From Squalus acanthias (Eukaryota), in the NCBI GenBank assembly GCA_030390025.1, contig CM059431.1:105526001-105590000 (forward strand): a DNA stretch of 64,000 bases, in the 5' to 3' direction. The position numbers were made by a program, and so were the translations under genes. Positions 62,703 to 64,000 of the stretch are shown one piece after another. A model generated the notes under the pieces. The model saw only the letters and a program-made list of their open reading frames with translations. It was not told where the DNA came from and did not search any database. How positions within the stretch are numbered: position 1 is the first letter of the stretch; the number at the start of each line of letters is the position of its first letter.

Positions 62703-63706
62703 TTAATGGAAACACTCATCAATGAGTGCCTGCTCCACCATATTTCTTGGCTGCACCGCTGCTTCCTTCATTGCCTCCTCTTCCTCGGCCTTCTCTTCTG
62801 CTGCTGCATTAGGGACCTCCTCTTGGTCCTGCTATATGCTTACTCGTATATGTGTTGCCAAGATATACAGCAGACAGCGATTATTTTGGACAGCTTCCTT
62901 GGACTAAAGAGAAGCAGCTTGACCAAAGCCGTCCAAAAAGTGGGATCTTCAATTAGGTTCCCCAATAGCGTGCTCTAGAATAATTCAGCTTGATTTATGC
63001 GCCTCATTGTGTTAAACCGAGGTCCCATTTGCTCTCTCAGGTGGATGTAAAAGATCCCCTTGGCATTATTTCGAAGATAAACAGGGGAGCTCTCCCCAGT
63101 GTCCTGGGCCAACATTTATCCCTCAATCAACATCACTAAAAAAAATTATCCGGTCATTAACACATTACTGTTTGTGGGAGCTTACTGTGTGCAAATTGGC
63201 TGCCATGTTTCCCACATTACAACAGTGACCACATTTCAAAAGTACTTCATTGGCTGTAAGGCGCTTTGGGATGTCCGGTGGTCATGAAATGGCGCTATAT
63301 AAATGCAAGTCTTTCTTTCTCACTGCTGTTCGGGGATTTTTTTTTTTATGGGGTCATCAGGCATGGCTGCAAAGGACAGCCCTGATCTTCCAGCAGCTAT
63401 CATTTCAGTCTATTTGAAGCTCCAGATAATGCAGGCATCGTGACCACAGCATTATGCAAGCGGTCAAAACCTTCCAAGCCACCACAGGGAATAGCGACCA
63501 CCTGAATGTTTATTAGAATGGAAGCGCTTCCTGTTTTCACAGGCAAAGGGGTTGATGTGAAGAACCCTGATGCTTGCATGGGTGCGATTGTCCATGCCCA
63601 GGACCCTTGGCCATCCTGCCACCCAGTAGACATCTTGTATCCTGTCCCGATGATGCCTCCTTTACACAAGTCAAGTGATGACGTGGTTGCCCCTCGCAAA
63701 TATAGT
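62703..63706 (-). pseudogene. Harbinger (PIF) DDE transposase pseudogene, interrupted by a SINE
   Basis: Motifs in order: VAGWPRVLG..NRTH, NRKRFHS-INIQVV, CGHDACI, LLEDQGCPLQPCLMTP, NEAH..IILEHAIG, SPRKLSKIIAVCC, acidic tail, RNMVEQALIDECFH*. Confidence 0.85.
63013..63320 (+). mobile_element. Deu-type SINE, 5' truncated
   Basis: Matches 155-438. Confidence 0.9.
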
Positions 63707-64000
63707 GGGCTGGAATTTCCTCGATACAACTTACACCAAAATTAGACTCAAATTTACTCCAGTTTCTACGTGAACTTTGCAGACAGCAACTTACACCGAA
63801 ATTTCCTGAGAATCTCATTAGCATCTTCCATAACCCAAAAACCAGCGTCGAACAAATGCTAATCAGTGTAAACAATCTAGAGCCCAAGGGAAGTGTGGAA
63901 CATGCACCATCTTCCCTCTCTAAGTCCCTCTTTATCTTATTGATGTTATGAAAATTAAAGCTTGAAGCCATTAAACCATCATTTATGTATATTAAGCAAA

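Noticed and set aside
1..64000. Most short ORFs in the supplied track
   Set aside because: They are antisense or off-frame readings of CR1, L2, SINE and MITE sequence, or lack splice and homology support

Overview
This is eukaryotic, repeat-dominated genomic DNA, almost certainly from a cartilaginous fish (shark-like), judged from HE1 V-SINE, Deu-type SINEs and abundant CR1 LINE 3' fragments. No prokaryotic features, rRNA or CRISPR array were seen. Most of the window is nested mobile DNA: about 20 CR1 fragments, L2 fragments, three SINE families each with a matching LINE tail, and one Gypsy LTR retrotransposon with both LTRs, a 5-bp TSD and a tRNA-Ser PBS but no integrase core. There are also three probable solo LTRs, two hAT MITEs with perfect 8-bp TSDs, and many PIF/Harbinger derivatives with 3-bp TSDs. 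One large fragmented Harbinger fossil (about 57.9-63.7 kb) retains both a Myb/SANT gene and a convergent DDE transposase. Palindromic Penelope-associated repeats carry hammerhead-ribozyme-like cores. The only convincing host-gene signal is a pair of minus-strand exons at 8.6-9.0 kb with perfect splice donors; I could not identify the gene. Boundaries of decayed repeats were read by eye and are approximate unless a TSD is given.
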